From: a virus
Lineage: Duplodnaviria > Caudoviricetes
IMG/VR virus record: IMGVR_UViG_3300027754_000037
Reading direction: 5' to 3' (one strand)
Length of the DNA stretch: 64,000 bases
Made by a program: the position numbers and the translations under genes. Position 1 is the stretch's first letter. The number at the start of each line of letters is the position of its first letter. Below the pieces are notes generated by a model, which ran no database searches, was not told the DNA's origin, and saw nothing but the letters and a program-made list of their open reading frames with translations. Positions 1 to 9,590 of this stretch are shown one piece after another.

Positions 1-1
1 C

Positions 2-595
2 AGTTGTTATGACAAGGACGATGGCACCAACGATTTAATGCATGAAGAAAATGTATATGAAAGAATGCAAAAAGCAGATGGCTTTGTGGTTTTCACTCCT
101 GTGCATTGGTCTGGACCTAGCAGTCAAGTTAAGGCATTTTTCGACAGGTTGGTTTGTGTTAATCTGACTCTGACAAGAGAAGATGCCAAGAAGCTTTACG
201 GCAAAGATATCAAAGACCCGAAGAAGACTATCGCTGCTGAACAATCTGGAAAGTATAGGGATTTGCTAAAAAATCACTTTGAAGGTAAGTTCGGAGCTTT
301 TTTCATTCACGGTGATGACGGAGCAAATGATTACAACAATGGCAAAATTCCCCTGTCGATGGCACAACATAAGTCAATGGATTACATGAGCCCCAAAGAG
401 GGGATCATGCCTATTGTCAACCAATGCAGATATTCTGGTATTTTTGTGCATGAAGATTGCATTCATGGGCAAGTTTTTGGTTACAAAAAACCATATAGTC
501 AAAATAATATCGACATTAAGAAAAGCGAAATGATTGAAAAAGCTTCAAAATTAGTCGATTGTCTTGTCCAACACATTCGTAAATCCAAAAATTGA
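2..595 (+). CDS. Flavodoxin-fold NAD(P)H-dependent FMN reductase / iron-sulfur flavoprotein family, 5' partial
   Basis: Frame open from the window edge (SCYDKDDGTNDLMHEE..); motif ADGFVVFTPVHWSGPSSQVKAFFDRL typical of the FMN_red family. Confidence 0.7.
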   Translation, partial: SCYDKDDGTNDLMHEENVYERMQKADGFVVFTPVHWSGPSSQVKAFFDRLVCVNLTLTREDAKKLYGKDIKDPKKTIAAEQSGKYRDLLKNHFEGKFGAFFIHGDDGANDYNNGKIPLSMAQHKSMDYMSPKEGIMPIVNQCRYSGIFVHEDCIHGQVFGYKKPYSQNNIDIKKSEMIEKASKLVDCLVQHIRKSKN

Positions 596-978
596 GCTTA
601 TGTTGCAGCAACATAAATTCATGTTATACTGCTTCTGTTCTTGTCCCGAAGGCCATGCTTAAGAAAGTTAAAAACATGTCAGATGAAATTGTTATGCCAG
701 AGATCAAGCACTCTGAAAAGATGCGAGATAGTTTGAAGAATTTCGTAGGCCAGCCAATCGCAATACTTTGTGCACGATTTAATTATCGTGGCATCTTGAG
801 TCATGTTGGCGATGATCATCTTGTTTTGGCGCAGGCCCGTGCTGTGGAATCCAGCGGCGCAAGTAGCCAAGAACGACCTACTAATGAGGACGCTATAGGT
901 TGCTCTATTTTTATTAGTCTTAATGCTGTCGAATTGGTATATTGGCCTCGTTGGGCATATGCCTCTTTGGATGACTGA
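592..978 (+). CDS. Hypothetical protein, possibly Sm-like fold; start may be 676
   Basis: ORF overlaps upstream stop; segment YRGILSHVGDDHLVL resembles Sm1. Confidence 0.5.
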   Translation: MSLCCSNINSCYTASVLVPKAMLKKVKNMSDEIVMPEIKHSEKMRDSLKNFVGQPIAILCARFNYRGILSHVGDDHLVLAQARAVESSGASSQERPTNEDAIGCSIFISLNAVELVYWPRWAYASLDD

Positions 979-1006
979 TATAACTTCGACACTCAGGAAT
1001 TCACTC

Positions 1007-1615
1007 ATGAAGAACACGGGATATGAGGCTTGGAAGGCTCGTTTGGATTTTATGTCCAAAGAGTTTCCTTTTACAACTCATAAGCAGGGCATCGTCACGA
1101 TCAAAAATGAAGATGGTGCCCTTCATGCTGATGATCAACCTGCTTGGCGTTCTCCCACAAGAATCATGTGGTTTCAGAACAACAGAAAGAATGGCATAGA
1201 TGCGGACATATACGGAACAATCACCTATTACTACGAAAATATCCGTATTCCTCCTAAGTTTCATGCTGCCGTCAAAAATCCAAGCTTGCTCACCTTAGAG
1301 GAAGTCCTTGGTCATCCCAATCAAGAAGTTCGCTTCGTAGGGATGAAAATAATTGGGTTTGATGCGATTCGTAAAAGCAAGAACGCAAAAACCATTCACC
1401 GGGACAATAAAACCGGAGCAGAACTATTCCATGTCATGGGTATTTTTGAGGAACCCGTAGCCTTTGTATCGGTTCTCAACAGCACACCTGAGTCTGATGG
1501 GACATTTAAAAGATATTTTCTCTGCGTTCCATCGGACAAAAAAACTTGTCGGTCTGCAATAGCTTGGACCTTCAGGATGGAAGAAGATGAATATAGTCCA
1601 TCTGTGGAAACTTGA
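1007..1615 (+). CDS. DUF6745-like protein
   Basis: C-terminal VLNSTPESDGTFKRYFLCVP..TCRSAIAWTF signature; SD CAGGAA before ATG 1007. Confidence 0.7.
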   Translation: MKNTGYEAWKARLDFMSKEFPFTTHKQGIVTIKNEDGALHADDQPAWRSPTRIMWFQNNRKNGIDADIYGTITYYYENIRIPPKFHAAVKNPSLLTLEEVLGHPNQEVRFVGMKIIGFDAIRKSKNAKTIHRDNKTGAELFHVMGIFEEPVAFVSVLNSTPESDGTFKRYFLCVPSDKKTCRSAIAWTFRMEEDEYSPSVET

Positions 1616-1647
1616 GGTTTGTTACTATTTAAATTTAGAGGTATATT

Positions 1648-1977
1648 ATGACCAATTTTCAAGCTCGTCAAGGCGACATCATGTTTCGTAGCTGCGACTC
1701 TCCGAACATTACCAAGATGCGCAAAAAGAACGATAATATCCTTGCTCTGGGAGAGGTCACAGGACACTCCCACGCCGTAAAGTCCCATGAAGCAGGCACT
1801 TACGATAGTTATGTCGATGAAAACGGCGACATTTACATGTTGTCTACAGACAAAAACTTTGTCGTTGAACACGATGAACACAATCCTATTACCATGCCCA
1901 AGGGCGAATGGATTTGTGTCAGCAGGCAGATAGAGTTTGACCCTGTAGCAAACTCTCGTAGAATTGTTGCTGATTAA
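1648..1977 (+). CDS. Conserved hypothetical protein usually paired with DUF6745
   Basis: RQGDI..LALGEVTGHSH..HDEH..I.MPKG..RQIEFDP motifs; SD GAGG. Confidence 0.7.
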   Translation: MTNFQARQGDIMFRSCDSPNITKMRKKNDNILALGEVTGHSHAVKSHEAGTYDSYVDENGDIYMLSTDKNFVVEHDEHNPITMPKGEWICVSRQIEFDPVANSRRIVAD

Positions 1978-2082
1978 GAAATTTTAAAAAAGCCTCACGA
2001 TAAAAAGTGAAGTTTTTCGTTTCTATCAATCTAATTTAATCCCATAGTCACTAACTACTATGGGATTAAATTAGAGGTTTTT

Positions 2083-2472
2083 ATGAAGAATTTCAGAGAA
2101 TGGGTTGCAGATCGTGGCGGAGCTCCCTATAGGATTGGCAGAGAAGAGCAAGAATTGCTTCAAATGTCGCTCATTCGTTTTGTGAACAAGGCTGGAGTGA
2201 CAGGCTTAATGAAGGATATGAAACCTCTCAACAATGGTTTCACTATGGCATTCAGTCCCAACGAGACTGGTGGTCGCACGGTAGTGAAAGTTTATCTGGA
2301 TGAGGCTCCCTTTAAACCCAAAAGACAAGGCGACCTGCCTCCCAATTTAAAAGCTGATGTGATGATATTTAACAGTCGTCGTGATAGTCTCATGAGACAG
2401 CCTGTCCGCACCATGCGTGATTTACACCCCACAGAACTGTCTGCCCTGCTGTCCCAAATGGCTATGCGATAA
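2083..2472 (+). CDS. Hypothetical protein with MKNFREW N-terminal motif
   Basis: SD GAGG; N-terminus shared with about 10 ORFs in the window. Confidence 0.6.
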   Translation: MKNFREWVADRGGAPYRIGREEQELLQMSLIRFVNKAGVTGLMKDMKPLNNGFTMAFSPNETGGRTVVKVYLDEAPFKPKRQGDLPPNLKADVMIFNSRRDSLMRQPVRTMRDLHPTELSALLSQMAMR

Positions 2473-2569
2473 TTCTAGCGACATGAACTAGCATCAGTCA
2501 ACCGTGTAGGTGTGTCGGACGATGGTGATTGTGTAGTTTTAGCGGGCAAAGAATTCACATCTTCTCTTG

Positions 2570-3406
2570 TCATGAAATAGTAACCTTTAATTTTGCCTTA
2601 TAGCCCTTAGGTAAAAGATTTTTGACACCCATCAACTCGCCTTCCTTGTCATCCATTCTGACAATCACCTCTTTGCGACTCAGATTCAACAATATTTGAC
2701 CAGTAGTCTGCATGTTGTGCTCTGTTTTAGTCCTATAAGGATTTAGGAAAGGGTCTTGGACATATTTCTTTTTCAAAATATTCAAGACATCCATCGGATT
2801 CTTTGCAGATTGCAACTTCTCCTGCGCTAGCTCCATTCTGCTGTGTGATGACTCTTTCCTCTTGCCACGAGTATATCCTAAACCCGTATGATGGATTCCG
2901 TGATTTGACCTGACTATGATTTTTTGATTCGACTTTTCTATGATTGGTTCATACTTGCGGGAAACCTCAAGCACATATGTCTCTTCCCCATCGCTGACTA
3001 TAGTTTGTCCAGTTAAAGGCGTGCCACCATTTTTATTGCCCAATAAACACTCAACCACATCTTCAATTTTTTTATATGTTAATGCCTTGCGTATCTTCTT
3101 GCCGTCCTTGGTCATCTTCTTTTTCTTGACACCGCCTATCTTTGATTCTTTGGACTCTTTCTCGTCTATAAAAACCAACAGACTGCTGTTCACGATGCCG
3201 ATGCCGTGCTCGTTCATCCCCTCACTCCAGTCCGTCTCGGTGTCATACCAGAGAACAACCTCGGTGCCTTCAATTAACTCATGCAGAATTTCAACTTTAG
3301 CCTTGTAGCCACGATCACGGTTTTTGGCCAAAACAAGTCCTTGAGGCAGGTCTACCGCTGAAACAACACATTCATTGATCTCGTTGATAAATTGTTTAAA
3401 ATCCAT
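2570..3406 (-). CDS. Ntn-hydrolase (peptidase C45/NRDE-like) with a 12-aa leader before the nucleophile Cys
   Basis: E-CVVSAVD..VLAKNRDR, EGMNEHGIGIVNSSL, VRSNHG motifs. Confidence 0.65.
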   Translation of the reverse strand: MDFKQFINEINECVVSAVDLPQGLVLAKNRDRGYKAKVEILHELIEGTEVVLWYDTETDWSEGMNEHGIGIVNSSLLVFIDEKESKESKIGGVKKKKMTKDGKKIRKALTYKKIEDVVECLLGNKNGGTPLTGQTIVSDGEETYVLEVSRKYEPIIEKSNQKIIVRSNHGIHHTGLGYTRGKRKESSHSRMELAQEKLQSAKNPMDVLNILKKKYVQDPFLNPYRTKTEHNMQTTGQILLNLSRKEVIVRMDDKEGELMGVKNLLPKGYKAKLKVTIS

Positions 3407-3432
3407 TTATTTTTCCCTCTTATTTTTATGTA

Positions 3433-3675
3433 TTAAAATCGTAGAAAAATAAAGAATAATATAGTTTCAAGAAAGGGCACGGTACTTACAAAACAAGATA
3501 AAATTTTGTTTTTAATATTTAGGGAAAGCACAGCACTTGAAAGACACACAAATGGAAAGCAAAAAAACATCGATGACAAAAAATCACCCGATGTTCCAGC
3601 CAGTAGACAAGGTATAAAAAACAAAACACCAGCCAATATGTTAATCGTGGTCATTAACCATATGATTTTATCCAT
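3433..3675 (-). CDS. Small membrane protein
   Basis: 80-aa ORF with three hydrophobic stretches. Confidence 0.45.
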   Translation of the reverse strand: MDKIIWLMTTINILAGVLFFIPCLLAGTSGDFLSSMFFCFPFVCLSSAVLSLNIKNKILSCFVSTVPFLETILFFIFLRF

Positions 3676-3727
3676 GCAATATTAATTGTTTTTGCTGTCT
3701 GTTTTTCTGCCTGACCTTGCATTTGTA

Positions 3728-4411
3728 TTACAATCCTTGCGCCAAATTCCTCAGCAATTCACGATTGTCGTACATCACAATATCATCGAAACCTTCGCTT
3801 GGAGATACCTCCTCAAAACTTGAAAACATCCTGTCAAAAGCAGAATCCGGTATAGTCTTCGACCCACCAGAATCTCGAATCTCTTTGGCTCTCTTCGCAG
3901 CAACTTTTTTAATCACATCCTCTGACCCTTGGAATGGGAAAATGACCGCAACCTTGTGGAAGCCCTCTTCTTGTCCTTTGACGGCCTCTAATGCACTTTT
4001 ACGAGCTTTAACATTCATGTTGGTCATGTCAACGACAATATTCTGACCAGATTCGACTGCTCTTGAAATTCTCTGACGCAGAATAGAGTTGATTTGATTG
4101 TTTGCCTGCACGATCTTGTCATAAGACATAGGTTGCCAAGTCATAAAAGCTGGAGATGCAAATACCCGACCATACTTGGGATGGTTGTCGCCAACTTGAG
4201 AATTTGGAGGAGGAACCATAAACATGTCGTCATAAGTCATTTGCAATCTGCCAGCAACACGGTCAACTATGATGTCTCTGTTGATGATGTAAGGCTCATC
4301 ATGAAAATTGTTTTCAATCCAAGTAGACTTTCCAACAGATGGAGGTCCAACCAAAACAAATATTTTCCTCTTACCATCAGCTTTTTCGACCCATTGAGCG
4401 AATGCCTTCAT
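3728..4411 (-). CDS. P-loop kinase (AAA_33 / polynucleotide-kinase-like)
   Basis: Walker A GPPSVGKS; VVDMTN..KAR lid motif. Confidence 0.75.
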   Translation of the reverse strand: MKAFAQWVEKADGKRKIFVLVGPPSVGKSTWIENNFHDEPYIINRDIIVDRVAGRLQMTYDDMFMVPPPNSQVGDNHPKYGRVFASPAFMTWQPMSYDKIVQANNQINSILRQRISRAVESGQNIVVDMTNMNVKARKSALEAVKGQEEGFHKVAVIFPFQGSEDVIKKVAAKRAKEIRDSGGSKTIPDSAFDRMFSSFEEVSPSEGFDDIVMYDNRELLRNLAQGL

Positions 4412-4653
4412 GTCTTTTCCTCTTTGTCTGTATGTGACCAAATATAATAGCCCCTTAAATGCATAATGATAAACACGCAGTTCATCATCATGCAGGCTAG
4501 ACTTTCTACCATGAAACCTAAAATAATACCAAAGGTATTGCCTGTAACCCCAAAAAGGAAACCTAAACGATTTTTATTGCCCACAAGCCAGAGTTGTGTC
4601 ACTACAACCAAAAAAATGATCCAATCTACACCGTAATATTTGAAAATGTTCAT
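4408..4653 (-). CDS. PnuC-like small membrane protein (nicotinamide riboside transporter-like)
   Basis: DWI..LWLVGNKNRLGFLFG pattern, hydrophobic. Confidence 0.5.
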   Translation of the reverse strand: MNIFKYYGVDWIIFLVVVTQLWLVGNKNRLGFLFGVTGNTFGIILGFMVESLACMMMNCVFIIMHLRGYYIWSHTDKEEKT

Positions 4654-4702
4654 TTTTTATTTGGCTACACATTGTGGATTGTCGGCGGTAAATCCATAAA
4701 AT

Positions 4703-5077
4703 TCAAAAAACATTGTCATCGCTGCTTTCCTTGGGCTTCTGGCTGATCATATGCCGGATGGTTCTGGCGATCTGCTCCAAAGCCTCCGCTGTTTGCTCGT
4801 CAGCTTGTCCCAAATAAATCTGGATTCTATTGTATTTGTCGGCACGGCGATCTTTTACCTCGACTGCTGTGCCATAAACTTGCGCAATCAATTCGTCACC
4901 ATACTTGTGCTGATTCTGGGCAATAGTCAGACTCACTCTGCCTTCCAAATGCAACTTTTTAGTCTTGTAAGCCACTTCCCCACGGCAATTTTCCATGCTC
5001 CTCTCCCACATGTGAAATGTGATGCCGTGAGCCATATCGTTCTGTCGTGTGTCTCTTCGTCGATTCCAAGCACTCAT
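4703..5077 (-). CDS. Hypothetical protein
   Basis: 124-aa ORF, SD GGAG. Confidence 0.55.
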   Translation of the reverse strand: MSAWNRRRDTRQNDMAHGITFHMWERSMENCRGEVAYKTKKLHLEGRVSLTIAQNQHKYGDELIAQVYGTAVEVKDRRADKYNRIQIYLGQADEQTAEALEQIARTIRHMISQKPKESSDDNVF

Positions 5078-5494
5078 CGCAATCTCCTAAAATTTTTATG
5101 ATCTTATCACCTTACCACAAAAATTTCAAAAAAAAACTAGGCAAATAAACCTACGACATTGTCCACCACTTTTCTTTGCCGAACATACGCAAATTAACAC
5201 AAAATCCTTGCAATACAAAATCTCTTTCTTTAGAATCGTTTATCATGATTTTTCGCAACACAAGCTGGTCCAACACAACACTTTTTAGTGCTGATTTTTT
5301 GTATAGCTTCGCATTTAAAACAGATATAGATTATTCAATGAATTGGCGCAGTTTTCATCAAGTCTCAGTCGAATACCCACCTCAAATTTTTGCCTCTAAC
5401 TGCCAATCCAGCCGTTGCTGGAGCAACCTCTGATTTACAAACCAAATAAATGATGTTAAGTTTGCCGTGACTGTATTCAAGCACGGAGACCTAC

Positions 5495-5722
5495 ATGGAA
5501 GTCCAAGTCAACGATATTGTTCAAATCAATCCAGAAGTCAACCACCACGACGGTTTCTGGGCCGGAAACCTACTTGTAGTCACAGAAGTCAAAAGTTGGG
5601 GAGTTCAAGGTTATTGCAGAACACCTGAAGGCTATGCATATATGCGCCTCAAAAATGACCAATACGAAAAAGTTGGAGCTTTAGTCTGGACTCCTGAAAG
5701 CATAGTTAAGGAGAAATCATGA
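5495..5722 (+). CDS. Hypothetical protein (SH3-like small beta fold)
   Basis: SD GGAG; VTEVKSWGVQGY motif. Confidence 0.55.
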   Translation: MEVQVNDIVQINPEVNHHDGFWAGNLLVVTEVKSWGVQGYCRTPEGYAYMRLKNDQYEKVGALVWTPESIVKEKS

Positions 5723-5904
5723 ATGCACCAGATGGAGAAATGAAACTTGTGGTTTGGAAAGAAGAAAAAAACAAATGGCTATGGCAGATCGAAGAAAATG
5801 GCAAAAAAATAAAAGGTCGAAATGTGGATGGCAAAGCAGAATCATTTCAAGAAGCATATACCGCAGCTAAAAAGAGATTGCTGCAAGAAAAAAGAAAAGA
5901 GTAG
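5719..5904 (+). CDS. Hypothetical protein
   Basis: ATGA overlap with upstream ORF; SD AAGGAG. Confidence 0.55.
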   Translation: MNAPDGEMKLVVWKEEKNKWLWQIEENGKKIKGRNVDGKAESFQEAYTAAKKRLLQEKRKE

Positions 5905-5966
5905 CAATCAAAGGTTGTTCTAGCACTCAAAAAACACTATCCTCCAAGTTTTACAAGGAGGAAGAA

Positions 5967-6722
5967 ATGGGAATTCATAGAGGCACCACAAGACCAGATG
6001 GCAAAATGTTTTGGGCATATCGATTCAGATACGGCAAAAAAACAGAAATTTGGATCAAACCAGAACAGTACCAAAGACGAGAAAACACACGAATTGCCTA
6101 CTCAAAGAATAGAAACAATAAAATGCGTGAAAAACTTCAAGATATTCCTCCTGAAGAAAAAAATTATGTGGGAAAATATTGTCCTGAAAAAGGACTTTAT
6201 TTTTTAAAATATTATGTCAGCGGAAACGCAGTATACGGCACTTTAGAAGAACTCAAAACCTTCAGGTTGGCCCAAAAGAAAAGAAATAGAGAATATCTTG
6301 ATCGCTGCAAGGAACAGTTTCCATTACCCAATCTGTCTTTTGGCGATCAACACCCAAACGATCCAAACCTCTTTGTAATCGCTGTCCGTAGGAATAAATT
6401 ATTTTTTGGCTCCCGTGAACAATATGAATCTAAAAGACAAAGACTTAACGAATCCTATAAAAGATACAAGCAAAAAAATCGAGAAATAATCAAGATCAAA
6501 AATAAAAAAATTACTGAAGAAAAAACAAAGTTCCTTAATGAAAATCCTCACCTTAAAAGGTTCAGAGGTGATATTGATCCCCTTTTCAATAAGATATTCT
6601 GGGGATATAACTCCAGACACAACGAAGTCTGGCTTAAACCCGATGTTTACCATCAGAGAAGATTGCGGGCCAATAAAAGGACAAGCTTGCTTAAAAAGAA
6701 CAAAAAACTACCACAGCAATAA
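5967..6722 (+). CDS. Basic hypothetical protein with repeated G-x3-P-x4-F-x2-Y modules
   Basis: SD AAGGAGG; related segments GTTRPDGKMFWAY, GDQHPNDPNLFVI, GDIDPLFNKIFWGY. Confidence 0.6.
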   Translation: MGIHRGTTRPDGKMFWAYRFRYGKKTEIWIKPEQYQRRENTRIAYSKNRNNKMREKLQDIPPEEKNYVGKYCPEKGLYFLKYYVSGNAVYGTLEELKTFRLAQKKRNREYLDRCKEQFPLPNLSFGDQHPNDPNLFVIAVRRNKLFFGSREQYESKRQRLNESYKRYKQKNREIIKIKNKKITEEKTKFLNENPHLKRFRGDIDPLFNKIFWGYNSRHNEVWLKPDVYHQRRLRANKRTSLLKKNKKLPQQ

Positions 6723-6725
6723 TCA

Positions 6726-6908
6726 ATGATCCTTAAAGCAAATACTTATAGCAACAACAATTGTTTTGGATTTGATAATCCAAAATCAATTTGCTGGTCT
6801 ATTTCTAGGTCTTGGTCTTTGTCTTGGCTTTGGTCTTGGTCTTGGTCTTGGTCTTGGTCTAGGTCTGGGTGGTGGTCATCTCATGGAGCAGCAATATATG
6901 ATCCTTAA
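6726..6908 (+). CDS. Ser/Trp-rich paralog 1
   Basis: MILKANTYSNNNCFGFDNPKSICW followed by (SW)n. Confidence 0.55.
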   Translation: MILKANTYSNNNCFGFDNPKSICWSISRSWSLSWLWSWSWSWSWSRSGWWSSHGAAIYDP

Positions 6909-7113
6909 ATCAAATTCATATAGCAATAACAATTGCTTTGGATTTAATACTCCAAAATCAAATTGCTGGTCTATGTCTAGGTCTAGGTCTTGGTCTAGGG
7001 ATTGGGATTGGGATTGGTCTATGTCTATGTCTATGGATTGGTCTTGGTCTAGGTCTATGTCTAGGTCTAGGTCTTGGTCTTTTTGGTCTAAACATTGGAG
7101 TGCCAATATATGA
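6898..7113 (+). CDS. Ser/Trp-rich paralog 2
   Basis: MILKSNSYSNNNCFGFNTPKSNCW followed by S/R/W/M/D dipeptide repeats. Confidence 0.55.
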   Translation: MILKSNSYSNNNCFGFNTPKSNCWSMSRSRSWSRDWDWDWSMSMSMDWSWSRSMSRSRSWSFWSKHWSANI

Positions 7114-7343
7114 TCCTTAAAGCAAATACTTATAGCAATAACAGATGCTTTGGATTTAATACTCCAAAATCAAATTGCTGGTCTAGGTCTTGGTCTGGGT
7201 CTAGGTCTATGTTTAGGTCTATGTCTTGGTCTTGGTCTTGGTCTTGGTCTTGGTCTATGTCTATGTCTTGGTCTAGGTCTATGTCTAGGTCTATGTCTAG
7301 GTCTTGGTCTTTTTGGTCTAAACATTGGAGTGCCAATATATGA
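7110..7343 (+). CDS. Ser/Trp-rich paralog 3
   Basis: ATGA overlap; same leader. Confidence 0.55.
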   Translation: MILKANTYSNNRCFGFNTPKSNCWSRSWSGSRSMFRSMSWSWSWSWSWSMSMSWSRSMSRSMSRSWSFWSKHWSANI

Positions 7344-7576
7344 TCCTTAAAGCAAATACTTATAGCAACAACAAATGTTTTGGATTTAAATATCCAAAAT
7401 CAAATTGCTGGTCTAGGTCTTGGTCTGGGTCTAGGTCTATGTTTAGGTCTATGTCTTGGTCTTGGTCTTGGTCTTGGTCTATGTCTTGGTCTAGGGATTG
7501 GTCTATGTCTAGGTCTTGGACTTATTCTTTGTCTAGGTGTGAGTGGTGGTCATCTCATTGGAGCAGTAGCATATGA
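7340..7576 (+). CDS. Ser/Trp-rich paralog 4
   Basis: ATGA overlap; same leader. Confidence 0.55.
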   Translation: MILKANTYSNNKCFGFKYPKSNCWSRSWSGSRSMFRSMSWSWSWSWSMSWSRDWSMSRSWTYSLSRCEWWSSHWSSSI

Positions 7577-7752
7577 TCTTTAAAACAGCCGCTCATATTG
7601 ATAATTATTGTTTTGGATTTAATAATTCAAAATCTCTGTGCTGGTCTAATTCTAAATATAATTCTAATTCTTGGTCTTGGCTTTTTCCTTGGTCTCAGCT
7701 TTGGGTTAGATTTAAATCTAGATCTTGGTCTAGGTCTAGGTCTAGGTATTAG
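7573..7752 (+). CDS. Ser/Trp-rich paralog 5, divergent, probable premature TAG
   Basis: MIFKTAAHIDNYCFGFNNSKSLCW; homology continues (WSTHWSNNQ) past TAG 7750 to TGA 7780. Confidence 0.45.
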   Translation: MIFKTAAHIDNYCFGFNNSKSLCWSNSKYNSNSWSWLFPWSQLWVRFKSRSWSRSRSRY

Positions 7753-7778
7753 TGGTCAACTCATTGGAGTAATAATCA

Positions 7779-7901
7779 ATGATCCTTAAAACAAATAGCC
7801 ATAGCAATAACAGATGCTTTGGATTTAATAATCCAAAATCAAATTGCTGGTCTTGGTCTGGGGCTTGGTCTTGTTCTAAACATTGGAGCAGCAATCAATG
7901 A
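7779..7901 (+). CDS. Ser/Trp-rich paralog 6 (short)
   Basis: MILKTNSHSNNRCFGFNNPKSNCWSWSGAWSCSKHWSSNQ, read by hand. Confidence 0.45.
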   Translation: MILKTNSHSNNRCFGFNNPKSNCWSWSGAWSCSKHWSSNQ

Positions 7902-7914
7902 TAATCAATGAATT

Positions 7915-8916
7915 TCATGATTTCCTAACTAGATTTCCAAAGAATTGAGAAGTAGCATTATTCCAAGTATAATTTTTAAGCACATGCTCTCTGCAATTGT
8001 TATTTTGAATAAGATCATGACATTCTTTAACCGCAAAGCTCAAGTCAAAATTGGCACAACCTATTCGCTTGCCTCCTGCAACTATTTCACCAGCCCCTTT
8101 ACAATCGTAACAAGCTACTGGTAGTCCACAAGACATTGCTTCGATGTTGACCAGTCCAAATGTATCAAATTTGCTTGGGAAAACAAAGATGTCATGGGAA
8201 GCTAATTCGACAGCCAACTCTTCACCATGCAAGAATCCGGTAAATCTTACATCAGGGTGATAAAAAATACAATTTTCAAGACTTATTCCATCTCCAATTA
8301 TTGTCTTTTCATATCTGTTATCCAATTCTAGAAAATTTTTAATGCCTTTCTCTGGACTCACTCTACCACAATACACTAATTTCTTTCTTTGATTTCTTTC
8401 TTTTGGAATAGGCTTAAATAGCTCTGTGTCTACTCCCCTGCTCCATATTTTTATAGGTGCAGTAAATCCATAAGATTTAAGTATTAGTATATTTTGCTCA
8501 GTAGTAGCCATTACACATTCAGACTTATTATGAAACCATCTCAAATATTTCTTGGATAATCTTAGTCCAAATCCAAATGTTTTATAGAAGAAGTTTGGAA
8601 TATCTGTGTGATAAGCTGTGGTGAATTTATAACCTTTTTTAATACAATATTTTCTAACAGCTAATCCAATTATTCCTTCTGTGCTGATGTGAACATAATC
8701 AGCCCATTCTATTTTATCTTTGATTGTTTTAGTTCTGACCCAGTATGGAGAAAATACATCTTTGGTGAATGGAACTTTGAAACACCAGTAATCAGATGGA
8801 CAAATAACTTTTATAGTATGCCCCATCTCTTCTAATGTTTTTATTGTATTTTTTAATGTATTAACAACACCGTTCACTTGTGGCTCCCAAGCATCTGTAG
8901 CTATAAGTATATTCAT
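7915..8916 (-). CDS. GT4 glycosyltransferase, Agt-like (glyco-diacylglycerol synthase)
   Basis: N-terminus ILIATDAWEPQVNGVV; GRVSPEK; FPSKFDTFGLVNIEAMSCG. Confidence 0.85.
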   Translation of the reverse strand: MNILIATDAWEPQVNGVVNTLKNTIKTLEEMGHTIKVICPSDYWCFKVPFTKDVFSPYWVRTKTIKDKIEWADYVHISTEGIIGLAVRKYCIKKGYKFTTAYHTDIPNFFYKTFGFGLRLSKKYLRWFHNKSECVMATTEQNILILKSYGFTAPIKIWSRGVDTELFKPIPKERNQRKKLVYCGRVSPEKGIKNFLELDNRYEKTIIGDGISLENCIFYHPDVRFTGFLHGEELAVELASHDIFVFPSKFDTFGLVNIEAMSCGLPVACYDCKGAGEIVAGGKRIGCANFDLSFAVKECHDLIQNNNCREHVLKNYTWNNATSQFFGNLVRKS

Positions 8917-9590
8917 ATATCGTTCAAATGAACTGCTCCTTCCATTATGGTTAAATAAGAACAAGGTTTATCAGTCCAGCAACCGGAATTGCCGTACCAT
9001 ATACCTTCTACTAAAGTTGTTTCTTGGAAATGAGTATGACCGCAACAAACTATATCCGCTCCTTTATCTTTCGCATACTTCAACGCTTCTTTCTTTATTC
9101 TGTCACTATTTCTTAGGAATGTTTTACTGTTCTTTTTGGCATAGACAGCGAGAGAATGAGTTCTATCTATTTTCTGCATCAACCAATATATTCCATCAGC
9201 AAAATAAGTAAATATTGGATACTGTTGAATGAAACTGTCAAAACTATCTCCATGTAAACAAATTACTTTTTTATCGCCACTCTCAAAAACAAATTCTTGC
9301 GTAAATTCTAATCCTAAAAGATTGCTGACGAATTCATAATGCCCATCGTGATTGCCGTTAATCCAAACTACTTCTGTTTTTTTAGATAATTTTCTAAGGT
9401 CTTTTAAAATGTGCCAATGTGATTTTGGTAATTTGTTGAAATTTAAACAATCAAATAAATCTCCATTGACAATTAGCTTTTGAGTTTGTATTTTATCATC
9501 TTGTATCTTTTTCAAAAACTTGTCCAAAGCTTCCGCTTGGCAAACATCAGAGCCGAGGTGAATGTCAGATATGATGATCGCATCAAACAT
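8913..9590 (-). CDS. Metallophosphoesterase, PlcP / LpxH (UDP-2,3-diacylglucosamine hydrolase)-like
   Basis: ISDIHLG, NGDLFD, GNHD, HGD, GHTH, NSGCW motifs; overlaps the GT4 start. Confidence 0.85.
   Translation of the reverse strand: MFDAIIISDIHLGSDVCQAEALDKFLKKIQDDKIQTQKLIVNGDLFDCLNFNKLPKSHWHILKDLRKLSKKTEVVWINGNHDGHYEFVSNLLGLEFTQEFVFESGDKKVICLHGDSFDSFIQQYPIFTYFADGIYWLMQKIDRTHSLAVYAKKNSKTFLRNSDRIKKEALKYAKDKGADIVCCGHTHFQETTLVEGIWYGNSGCWTDKPCSYLTIMEGAVHLNDI

Noticed and set aside
6766-7789. Gly-Leu (+) and Asp-Gln (-) repeat ORFs
   Set aside because: Alternative frames of the same hexamer repeats; only the S/W frame keeps a conserved Met-initiated leader with ATGA coupling. Frame choice remains inference
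6726-7901. Diversity-generating retroelement template/variable repeat
   Set aside because: Differences between units are hexamer copy-number changes, not adenine-specific substitutions; no RT in the window
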